A DNA stretch of 60,724 bases. Source: Nemertoderma westbladi. Taxonomy: Eukaryota; Animalia; Xenacoelomorpha. Below the pieces are notes generated by a model that did not search any database, was not told where the DNA came from, and worked only from the letters and a program-made list of their open reading frames with translations. Where the stretch lies: contig JAUCBJ010007414.1 in the NCBI GenBank assembly GCA_032718475.1, forward strand, positions 1-60,724, written 5' to 3'. Positions 35,614-45,804 of this stretch are shown here, piece by piece; position 1 is the stretch's first letter, and every line of letters begins with the position of its first letter. The translations under genes were made by a program, and so were the position numbers.

Positions 35614-36414
35614 TGTGAAAGTGTGAAATAAAAACTAATAACAGTGTAATTATAGCTTTCTTAAACTTAAATGGGCAATGTTGTTGTGGGACAACAACCT
35701 TTAAAACACTACCCACTTGGTTAAAATCTATTAAAATCTATTGGAGCATTCGAAAACCACCTTAGACATGTTTTCCTATCTACTCAATTTTTTTGGAACG
35801 GAAAAATTAAAGGGAATTGTCTTTTTTAACAATATAAATGCACATGTTTTTTCAATTACCGCTTGTTGAAGCATAGGCTCACAATATGTAAGCCAATGTT
35901 CAAATTTCCATCTGGAAAGCAAAGGAAACTGATCCTCAGGTACAAGAAACATGTTGACAACCCATATCAACCAATCAGATTTCACATATTACTGTACCAT
36001 TCTGAGATTAGGAGAGCCAATAATAGGAATGTTGTTCCGGAACAACACTGAGCAGCAAAGGGATATGCAATGCATGTGCAATGGTGCAATATAATGTAAT
36101 ATAAACCATATTAGTACTTTAACTATATTGCTTACTGATGGAATACCATACAGGTTGCTAATACATTTATCATGTATATAGTTATATAATCCCGTCTAAA
36201 ATAATTTAAAAAAACGTGAAATATTAATAAACAATATAACATACAATATAACATAATAACTTTTCATAAATTATTATTTATCAACAATAAAGACACGGGT
36301 CGACTATAGCATTTTGTATATTTATATCCAATAATTAATAATAATTTAAAAATAAGGGGAGGGGGGGGGGGGGGGGGGGGGGTTGGGATAGAATAAATAT
36401 GGTGCCATGTTGGT

Positions 36415-36552
36415 CTCCCGGTAGCAGCGGTTCTCGGGGAGGTTGAATGACTTCTTTATGCAGGAGGCATTCTCGGCTGGGATAGCGATTCGGAGAGGTT
36501 GACGCAGAAACTCTGTACTTCTTATTGTCGATGACCTCCGGGTGGTGGTTTA
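36415..36552 (-). mobile_element. Possible extreme 3' end of a CRE-like LINE
   Basis: Minus frame STEFLRQPLRIAIPAENASCI resembles the CRE-type FLxQRLSIAIQRGNA terminus. Confidence 0.35.
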
Positions 36553-37697
36553 ACTGCCGTAAGAACGCTAAGGATGAAGATGGCCTATGCCACCAAGTGT
36601 CTCAACAGCGACAGGCTGGACTAAATAAAGTCTATGGAAAAGTTCCAACACTGTCAGTCCTTCAGCTACTGATGAACCATCTAAGTCTTTCTCAGGTGTC
36701 GATTTGTAATGGAATTTAATATAAAAAGCTTCAGTTCATAAGAGTCGTATCTTTGGCGTAAACTTTTCGTGTTAGCACCAAATTTTTTTGCTACCACCGC
36801 AAAAAAATAAAATTTTGAGATGTCTAGTGTCATTATAATTTATTTCCATCAGATTCAGTACTCCCATAAAACGCAAGAAATTAATCCATATATTAATAAA
36901 TTGGATGTTTTAAATCTGGATACTGGATAAATAAAAAATAAAAAATACTGGATAAATTGGAAGTGATAAAAAGATGCCAAAATCAATTGATGGATTTTCA
37001 AATTTGATAATAGCGCCAAATTTAGCAACCAATCAAATACAAGTTTGAGTTTTCTAGTGCAATTTTTACTTATTCCATCGCTATTATGATGTTTCTTTTC
37101 TACATACAATAATAGTTGAGAAACAATTAACCAAATAGGCGGACATTTTGGTGCTAACACCAAAATTTGACAACCGCTGAAGAATACCAAATTCCTAGCA
37201 TTCAGTATTTATATTTACTCTATCGGATTGAACACCTAACAATTCAGTGTAGTCAAAAAATGGGGAGGGTACAAATCACATTTCATGCAATCAAATTTTC
37301 AAAAACGTTTCTAAAATAGGGCAAAAGTACTGATAAAAATGGTGCCATTTCTCGAAAAGAAACCAATGCACTTAAAAATCGATTTCATTTTAAGAGGGTA
37401 CAGTAAAATATTTTTTTAGGAAAAAGTCGCAAGATTTCCCAATATAACAAAATTTGAGATATAACAATAAAGCAGGCAACATTGAATTGTTTAAACAAAG
37501 ATACGCCCCAAGCGGGGCATATGGTTTGACCAATGAGAGTGATAAAAGTTTACAGCAATATGACCCTATGTCGGGAAATAAACACCTCGGGATATAAATT
37601 CAATAGGATTATACCGGAGAAACTCGTATGGATAACAATAATACACAAATATTCGTAGAATTGCCTTCACCAGTAAATAGTTGATTTCCAACAAACT

Positions 37698-38375
37698 TTA
37701 GAATCTAAAAACCCCAAGAAATATGATTCCAACTAGAAGCTGAAAGGTCAGATCAATGTTATCGGATCCGCTTGTTTCTGTTGAGGTTTCCATGACAACC
37801 ATGCTGGTTGTTTCTGCTACGGCATCATCCTTCCACGTAACAGGAGGACATTCGCTACCGGTACCGTTGCAGCATTGTACTTGACACGACTTGCCTGTTA
37901 TTACTGAAGCTAGACCCTCCAGCCATCTAACTATCCTTATAAAAAGATAGAAATCATCCGACATACTATCCCGGTCTCTCTCTACAGCGATGTTGTACTG
38001 CAGTGTGCATGTAGCCTCGTTCAGATCTAAACACTTCTCCCAACATTCTATATACGAGTAATAGAACATAACCTCATCCTTGTCTTTGAAATCATCACCC
38101 GGAATACCGGAGAATCTCACATGTATGATGCCGCAAGAACTGCAGTCCTTTGCAATGATTGTATCGTTGAACCAATAATGGTTGTTTTGTGTAACTATGA
38201 GATCTACCAAGGCATCTTCAAAAAAGGATTGTAGTTCTTTGTTGTCTGACTTTACAAAAACGGAATATCCAACTTCACAAGAAACTCCTAAACAAATAGT
38301 TACACAAAATAATGACAAACTAATGGCTATTATGATTGGCACTTTGGAATATTCCATCTCTATGAATACAATCAT
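37698..38375 (-). CDS. Secreted, probably GPI-anchored 10-Cys protein, divergent Ly6/uPAR (three-finger)-like
   Basis: Hydrophobic signal peptide ending CLG|VSC; 10 Cys in the mature domain ending C.V.CCNG...C; S/T stalk; SGS plus hydrophobic C-terminus; single 225-aa ORF. Confidence 0.72.
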   Translation of the reverse strand: MIVFIEMEYSKVPIIIAISLSLFCVTICLGVSCEVGYSVFVKSDNKELQSFFEDALVDLIVTQNNHYWFNDTIIAKDCSSCGIIHVRFSGIPGDDFKDKDEVMFYYSYIECWEKCLDLNEATCTLQYNIAVERDRDSMSDDFYLFIRIVRWLEGLASVITGKSCQVQCCNGTGSECPPVTWKDDAVAETTSMVVMETSTETSGSDNIDLTFQLLVGIIFLGVFRF

Positions 38376-39350
38376 TCATTTACATATTTCCATAATGAAC
38401 TTCAGATACACAAATGTTTACTAAGTTTGGACCCATCTCTTCATCGTTCAGCTCTTATTTATTATTACTTAATTTCAATTTCATGTATTGCAGATTTATT
38501 ATATAACTTATTGACTTCTTAAATATCTTTTAACGACTTCTTTAACTTTTAGCGTTAACCACGTCATTCACATTTAATAGTACAGTCTAAACCGCGGTAA
38601 AATGAGTTTCCTCATCAGATAGAAAATTGAAACAATGAATTATTGTAAACTGAAACTAATTATTTATTGTAGAAAGAAATATGGTGAATAAAGTTTAACT
38701 GCGTTCTGTTGTAGGATATGTATGCCTACTAACAACAGCATTATTCGTGTAGGCCATAAATAGAAAAGGCCTCAAAATATTCTGATACTCAAGCTGTAAC
38801 CCATTTACATACTTAGGTACAGTAGGCTACCGAGGCTGATACAGAAGCATTAGACTGAAATACTGTTTCAGCTTTATTCAGATTGGATCTGTGAACTATT
38901 TAGTGGAATCCACCAGATCTAATCGTTATTGTGCCATTGCAAAAAGTAACAGTAACAGATTGCCATTGCCAGTCTCAAGTCCGATATGAAAATCCAAATA
39001 AAGAAGGTCATGAGGCAGGTCTGGAGCAATAGGCTGCAAGCGGAGAGCCAAAAGCTCGATATAGTCTTATGAGGAATAAATAATGCAGCCTATTTAACGT
39101 AACTTAGCAAACTTAAATAAACACCAAAGTAAAACCTCATAAGATAGCATTTTATCAAACCCCTTTTGTTAAGTAGGCACTCTTCTTTGATCTTTTTTAG
39201 GTCGATTTTAAAAGGATTTTTCCAGGAGAATGGCGAAAGCTAGAACGATTCTGTTTGCGCGATCTTATAGATGTCCCGAGCGCGCACAGCAGAGAAATAT
39301 TTGGCAAAAATCTGTTAATTAATTAATTAGTAATTAGCGATTAAAGATTT

Positions 39351-40532
39351 TGTAAAAGCTTTTGCGGATATACTCAGTCCCCCTCGCCCGCAAGGTACCG
39401 TTATAGGTGTTTTAACGGACATAAAAGTCATTCTTCTATATGCGTGCTTTGGCGGACATGGTAAGGCAAAAAACCTGCAATGCACCAAATACCCTGGCAC
39501 AGCTTAGCCTTGATGATTCAGATTACGACATCTAACAGCTGGTTGCTGACATGGAAACGGCCATTGGACACATGGTTCTTTGTTTAGCTTAACAGCCAAT
39601 CAGAGCGATTTTTTCTGTCGATGTGGAGATATTTGGCCGATCGTGCTAGGAGTGTTCGGTCTTACTGTTTTTCTTGATACTGTTGTGTTGTTTCTATCTA
39701 GGCCAGGAACACCGGCTCTAGAGTCAATTCGTTTTTCATACTTTAGAAGAAACATTAGTAGGCTTAAATTATAGAGCGTATAACTGTTATCAGTGCAACT
39801 CCGTTCAGTCTTGCATTATCGGTTCAACATACATTATTATACTGCTATTTACTGTTGTCATATTTTGTATCAGTTGGTTGAATATTATTTGGAGAACATC
39901 TATAAAGAACCCAAATTTCCCAATTTTCTTGATACACTACAGGTTAGAGAGACGGGTTATATATAGCGATTGCGACTTATATTATTGTGGTTTGTAGTGA
40001 ATTTAATGCTATTTGATAAGTACTACATGAGTCAGTTGCTGTTCTCTTTATATATGATAAAATTCATTGACGGTCGGCAAATTAGTGAGCAGTATTGTGT
40101 GTTACCGGTAGTGTGCATGATTGTGGCTGATAACTAAGCATTTCCTAAAGAATGCGCCTCATACGTGAATCATAAGCCTTACAGACTTACCGTTGTGTTT
40201 AGTACAAGTCATATCTCTGTTTACCTAGATAGAGCGCCACGTCCTAAAGGAACTGTTAATATTTCCCGAAAGTGAATAATATTAGTCAGAAATTATTTAT
40301 TAACGATCAATCGAATAATACAGTAAGCTTACACTGCAATAATAATCTAAGCCCTCAGAATCCAGTCTCCCGGGTATATCCAGCGGGTGAATGGACGCGC
40401 ACTAGGCTGGCTTCTGCTAATGTTGTGTTTATTGGTATTAAATATTTGTCAACTTCTAAAGTCTATTTATAAACCAAAAAACATATAAATTTTGGCAGGT
40501 TAAACTGCTAAAGGTCTTCAAAAGCGCGTACA
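39351..40532 (+). repeat. 5' LTR
   Basis: About 8 substitutions versus 52051-53232 by manual comparison; imperfect 14-bp terminal IR TGTAnnnGCTTTTG. Confidence 0.98.
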
Positions 40533-40574
40533 ATAACAGTTATTGTCTTTATTGCAGTAAGCAATAAAGTTGAA

Positions 40575-40727
40575 AGTACCGGTCGACCGGTAAACCTGAA
40601 CCGGTACTTCTGTAGGTCAGTAGGCCCAACTGCCAGAACCGGTACTGCTGTAGGTCCGTAGGTCCAACTGCCAGAACCGGTACTTCTGTAGGTCCGTAGG
40701 CCCAACTGTCCTAACCGGTACTTCCAG
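40575..40727 (+). repeat. About 38-bp tandem repeat in the BEL leader
   Basis: AACCGGTACTTCTGTAGGTCCGTAGGCCCAACTGCCAG, 3 to 4 copies. Confidence 0.9.
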
Positions 40728-40956
40728 TATAAGTACATTAGTATTATTCGATTTTGATTATTGTATACCGGTAGGTCTTAGTATTTAATCAGGGACTGCA
40801 GCCCTGGTTTTTTATTGAGATTTTACTTATTTCTGTCGGTTTTATTTACATGTAAGTTAATATTGAGCTGAAGACGTGTAAGTCTGCTCAGATTGCTCAG
40901 ATAACTGTAGGCCGGACTGTTGTCGGATTGTTGTTGGGTTTGGAGGAATTGCGGCG

Positions 40957-41420
40957 TATGTAGAGTTTGTCTGATAAAGTGCCAGTTAGTAAGTTGGGGC
41001 AGCCATAGCTGTAAGGTCAATCCCCTCTTAAAGAATAAGCCGTACTACCGTGTTAGAACGCATACTAACTAACCATTTTGGAATCTGCACATACTGTAGT
41101 TTATTTAGGCTTGACAGTATTCTGCCAACGTTTTGGCCTGTGTTTGTTTGTGTGGTCTGTTCAGGTACCGTAATAGTTATTACTCAGATATTTTGTAGGC
41201 TGGATTGTTGTCTAGCTATTATTAGGTCTGAAGAGATTGCTGCATGTGTAGAGTTTGTCTGATAAAGTGCCAGTTAGTAAGTTGGGGCAGCCATAGCTGT
41301 AAGGTCAATCCCCTCTTAAAGAATAAGTCGTACTACCGTGTTAGAACGCATACTAACTAACCATTTCGGAATCTACACATACTGTAGTTTATTTAGGCTT
41401 GATGGTAGTCTGCCAGCGTT
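40957..41420 (+). repeat. Direct repeat with about 287-bp spacing in the BEL leader
   Basis: TGTAGAGTTTGTCTGATAAAGTGCCAG...TTTATTTAGGCTTGA occurs near 40959 and 41246. Confidence 0.9.
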
Positions 41421-42765
41421 TGGTTTGTATTTTATTTGAGTATTCTGTACGGGTAGCGTACTATTTATTATTCAGAGTTTATGCGATTATTCGCAACATT
41501 CATGTCCCCAAGTTTATTCCTACAGTAATTGTGCTTGTTACACATACCGTTATAGTTAAATTAACCCCGGTACTACACAGGCTGCTTGGCGTAGGAAAAG
41601 ACTGGTGACTTTGTGCTTCGGTCACTCCAGCAGATGCCGTGGTTCTTTTAACTGTTCAAGTATATTTAACTACTAATTATTGTTGTACCAGTACTTGTAC
41701 CTAATTTAGGGTTTAGTGTACAGTGCTTTCCGAAGGTAATTAGCGTGTAGGCAGTATATTTGTGTTGTAAAGTGGTTAATAGGCACGTTGGATCTGGTAG
41801 TCCGCGGTAATTAACTTCCAGGTAGGAACACTCCGTGATACATAACGTAGTACCTATAGCGATATGGCTATAGGTCGTCAGGCGGTGGTATTTTTCCTAT
41901 CTGGACAGTGCAATATATTTACTACTACTTATTATTTTCAAATACCGTAGTACCCTGTCCGTTGTAATAACCAGAATTCTAACCCTTTGTTAGGCTGGTT
42001 TGTAGACTTCCTGTGAAATTACCCTAAAAATTTCGTACGTAATATTTTGTTGTGTTTAATTAGAGATTTAATCTCACCCGTATCGTAAGTAATTTGTAGT
42101 ATTAAGTAACTTAGGTAAATTAGAATTATCTGTTTTAGTGTCCAATAAATAGCACTTCACTGAGAGCGCACAGCTTCTGTGTAGTGACCCCCAGAAATAA
42201 TAACATTTATTTCAAATATTGACAAAACCCTTTTAAACGGGTATATAAATATTATAAATCAACTCAAACGATTTATAAATAGTAGGCCTGCCATACAACA
42301 ACTAGGTCTCAATATCAGTTGGACTACTGCTTAAATAACGGTAATAAAGTAAGTTAAAGTAACCAAGTAACCCTAAAATATTCAGAAATTCAATTATTCT
42401 AAAATAATTGACATACCGGTATTTACCATAGGCTTATTATATTTATTTCTATAAATTTGGGCTGAAATCATACCGGTATTCTGTAATTAATTCTAGTTCA
42501 TAATTATACTTATATATACTATAAGTGTAAGCTGTATACCGGTATTCACGATAGGCCTATTATATATTTATATATATTTGTGCTAAATTTATATACCGGT
42601 ACTCTGTGACAAAACTAGTTTACAATACTTATATATATTATAAGTGTATACCGATATTCTAATATACTGTAATAAATTAACGGTACTAGGCCAACGGTCA
42701 TACTGAATTACTAGACTTGCTTTAACTGTAACTATAGCAGTAGGCATTCAACCGTATAGCTAAAC

Positions 42766-45700
42766 ATGTCTGACACCCAGCAAAACCTGTCAGACAGTCT
42801 AATCGATACAACCATCTGTGACACAGATAGGAGTGTGGAGCGATTAAGAAAGGAGTTCAGCTCACCTCCTACTGAACGAAAGGTCATCCCTCCAGTAGTA
42901 GTATCAGACCCTAAGCTAATCCAACACCGTAGGTCTATCATCGGCACTCGGGCCCAAGTCAAACGGAACCAGGAAGCAGCTGTCCAACAGCAGCAACATC
43001 CTAGTCAAGAAACTTGTTCCCAGCGATCCGATAGCTCCAGTAGTTCGGATACTGTAGAGCTGACCCCCGAACGCGGAGTGCAGATGGCGGCTACAGCCTA
43101 CTCGGATCCCCTTCTCACCCTTCCTGCCGCAGTGCTAACTACTATATTGATTGCGGTGGAGGAACATCAAGCCGATTGGGCGAGAAGTAAGCGAGCGACC
43201 CAAGATAGTTATGCGGGATACGCCAGCGAAGAATTGATGTCTATTGTCGAGTCACAATGGAACTTTCCCGGACCCGGACTCCTGTTAGATTTGTCCGAAG
43301 CTACTTGGGAAGATATACACAGGATGGGAGTGGCTAAAGATACTATGGATCCAGCTGTTTGGAAGAGGTCGGCAGCAGGATATGTGCAGGGATTCTTCGG
43401 CTCCTTAGAGCGATTGGAAGAACAATTGTTTCGACAACCCCAAGGACCTCAAGAGCAGGAAGAGCTGCTTTATCAAGTACGCGGAAGAACCCTACGTATT
43501 AGACTAATCCTATCAGCCTTTGAGGAAACTTCCAAAAGAAGACAGGACACGTCGCTGCAGGTTGCTGTCAAGACTTGGTTCCAGCGGGTAGGTCTCAAAG
43601 TTCAAGAAACGGACCAGTGGAAATCCCAGCTGGCTGAGAGACCAACCTATGAAGAACCAACCGATGCCACCCTTTCTCAAATGGAAAGCGAAGAGACACC
43701 AGCAGAGCAGCCGCCCTCGAGAGACGCCATAGACATCTATCTGTCAGACTATCAACGATTCCTAGGAGACGAAGAGTTGAGGAGACGACAGTCTGGACTT
43801 CGCCCTAATAGTGAAGGAACCAAGCTTGTGTTGGACGCAATCGATGCGGAAATGTTAGCTGCAAACCAAGCAAAATTTGATGAAAAACTCCGCCTCGCTA
43901 GAGTCCAAGAAGAACAAGTAAAGAAAAAATGGATAGAGGACCGAAAGGCAGCAGCAGTAACGGCGGCAGAAGCAGAAGCAGCAAAGGCAGCAGCAGCGGC
44001 AGAAGCAGAAGCAGCAAAGGCAGCGGCAGCGGCAGCAGCAGAAGCAGCAAAGACAGCAGCAGCAGCAGAAGCAGAAAGAAAGGCAGCGGTGGCAGAAGCA
44101 GAACTGAGAGCGTCTGAGGAGACTACCCAACTAGAGTTGGAAAATCTGCAAGAGACGCAAGACAACATAAATAAACAGTTAACTGCTAGTCACATGCAGA
44201 TGATGAGAAGATCTACTCCCAAACGCCAGGGATATACATCATCGGAGGAAAGCGAAACCACCGATCCTGAAGGCGGAGGAAATAGATCTCGTCTAAGCAG
44301 GCGTAGAAAAACATCTTACCGTCACAAATTGCCTGATTTGCCCCCAGCTGTTAGAAGACAACTAGCTAGCACAGACGTAAGTAGTATAGAACCTACAGAC
44401 CAAATTATTAAGGTCAAAAAACTCCCTACTATAGTTGATGAGCCTGAAATAATTAGGCCTGTCGTTCCCAAAGTCACTCCTGTGCTAGAGACCCCTGTAC
44501 TTCCAGAGCTTAACTCTAAATTCCCTTTACACAGTACTACACTGCCTGTACCCGGTAGAACAGTCCATGAGAATATCCCTGCCCTGGAAGCTGAGAGAGA
44601 AATCAAAGATTTGTCTCCTGTCGTCCCGCGTCAGCCCGCTACAATGTTGGCGACTCCCGCTTCGGCGGTCGAGTGGGTAGAGGAGGGACGGCGGGGGATG
44701 AATCTCCTGCTCGGACAGATGCAGGAGACTGTCCACCAACTTATGGGAACAGTAAGGGAAGGTAGGGCCGAATTGCAAGAAGTGCAGCAAAGTATCGCGC
44801 TAGAACGCGACAAATTAGTCAATATCCAAAAAGGTATACCAATACCCCCTGTAAAATTGTGTCAACCTGTTAGGTCTGAAGTATTACATGCGCAAGGTGT
44901 GGAGCCTACACGCATCTATACTGCTAGTGAAGTAGAAACTCCTATAGCAAACCCTATTAAGAGTGATTATAGACCTGTTGTTAATGATATTCCCTATAGA
45001 CCTGATAATGATCCGAGAAATTTATATACCGATAATTCGATATTAAATAACACGATGGCCCAAGAAAGCTTTACGCGTCAGATGGCTAGAATAGAAGCCC
45101 GCCAAGCGGTCAAAGTGGGAGAGATCGTTAAATTCAATGGAGATGAGATGAAATGGTTACCTTTCAACGAATATTACAAAGACAGCATACAGAACTCTGT
45201 GCTATCTAACGGAGAGAAACTTAGGTTCCTCATCAAGTGCTTGGAAGGACCTCCCAAGTTAATGGCATTAAAGTTTATTGGACATCCAGAAGGATTAAGA
45301 CAAGTTTGGGATACATTAAACATCAGGTATGGTAACAAGGATAACATAGCTAAGTATTTGTATGCAAAATTAGTAGCCCCCCGAAACTTCCTTAGTAGCG
45401 GGATTATAGAGTTTTCCGATGAGATTCAGGAGATCTGTAGACAATTGGACTGGTTAGGTAAGTCCCATGAATATCAGAGTTCCATGGTTATTGGAGCCGT
45501 AGTCTCTACTTTACCAAAGGGTGGAGTATGTACACGCTGGGACAAGAAAGTGTTGTATATGAATGAGCAGCAACGACGAAGCCCTACCATGGCTGATCTC
45601 ATGTCCTTCTTAGATGGTGAAGTAAAACTACAACTCATCAAGCAGTCCAGAGAGAAAACATCGGAAAATAAGGTAAGTGAGAAACCCGCTTCTAGACACC

Positions 45701-45804
45701 GGTGTGTTACACTGACGACGGCGAAAGCCAAGCTTCTCAAGAAGAGGACAGCGGGAAAGACACTGATCGAGCTTACTACGTTGGTAAAACCTCAAAAGAC
45801 GTAA
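42766..45804 (+). CDS. gag: BEL gag, N-terminal 1012 aa
   Basis: KFNGDEMKWLPF...LSNGEKLRFLIKCLEG is a BEL capsid-like (DUF1759-type) block; long N-terminal extension with an Ala/Glu/Lys repeat. Confidence 0.88.
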   Translation: MSDTQQNLSDSLIDTTICDTDRSVERLRKEFSSPPTERKVIPPVVVSDPKLIQHRRSIIGTRAQVKRNQEAAVQQQQHPSQETCSQRSDSSSSSDTVELTPERGVQMAATAYSDPLLTLPAAVLTTILIAVEEHQADWARSKRATQDSYAGYASEELMSIVESQWNFPGPGLLLDLSEATWEDIHRMGVAKDTMDPAVWKRSAAGYVQGFFGSLERLEEQLFRQPQGPQEQEELLYQVRGRTLRIRLILSAFEETSKRRQDTSLQVAVKTWFQRVGLKVQETDQWKSQLAERPTYEEPTDATLSQMESEETPAEQPPSRDAIDIYLSDYQRFLGDEELRRRQSGLRPNSEGTKLVLDAIDAEMLAANQAKFDEKLRLARVQEEQVKKKWIEDRKAAAVTAAEAEAAKAAAAAEAEAAKAAAAAAAEAAKTAAAAEAERKAAVAEAELRASEETTQLELENLQETQDNINKQLTASHMQMMRRSTPKRQGYTSSEESETTDPEGGGNRSRLSRRRKTSYRHKLPDLPPAVRRQLASTDVSSIEPTDQIIKVKKLPTIVDEPEIIRPVVPKVTPVLETPVLPELNSKFPLHSTTLPVPGRTVHENIPALEAEREIKDLSPVVPRQPATMLATPASAVEWVEEGRRGMNLLLGQMQETVHQLMGTVREGRAELQEVQQSIALERDKLVNIQKGIPIPPVKLCQPVRSEVLHAQGVEPTRIYTASEVETPIANPIKSDYRPVVNDIPYRPDNDPRNLYTDNSILNNTMAQESFTRQMARIEARQAVKVGEIVKFNGDEMKWLPFNEYYKDSIQNSVLSNGEKLRFLIKCLEGPPKLMALKFIGHPEGLRQVWDTLNIRYGNKDNIAKYLYAKLVAPRNFLSSGIIEFSDEIQEICRQLDWLGKSHEYQSSMVIGAVVSTLPKGGVCTRWDKKVLYMNEQQRRSPTMADLMSFLDGEVKLQLIKQSREKTSENKVSEKPASRHRCVTLTTAKAKLLKKRTAGKTLIELTTLVKPQKT

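Noticed and set aside
36358-36388. Poly-G runs here and near 8587, 10248, 16797 and 57241 as functional G-quadruplexes
   Set aside because: Mostly internal to repeats and of uncertain length; no independent support.
39580-39774. 64-aa hydrophobic ORF in both BEL LTRs
   Set aside because: Non-ATG start, T-rich composition, and not evidently preserved in the related LTR at 58828-59998.
43752-44168. Ala-rich and poly-Cys ORFs (antifreeze- or metallothionein-like)
   Set aside because: Other-frame readings of the GCA repeat in gag.
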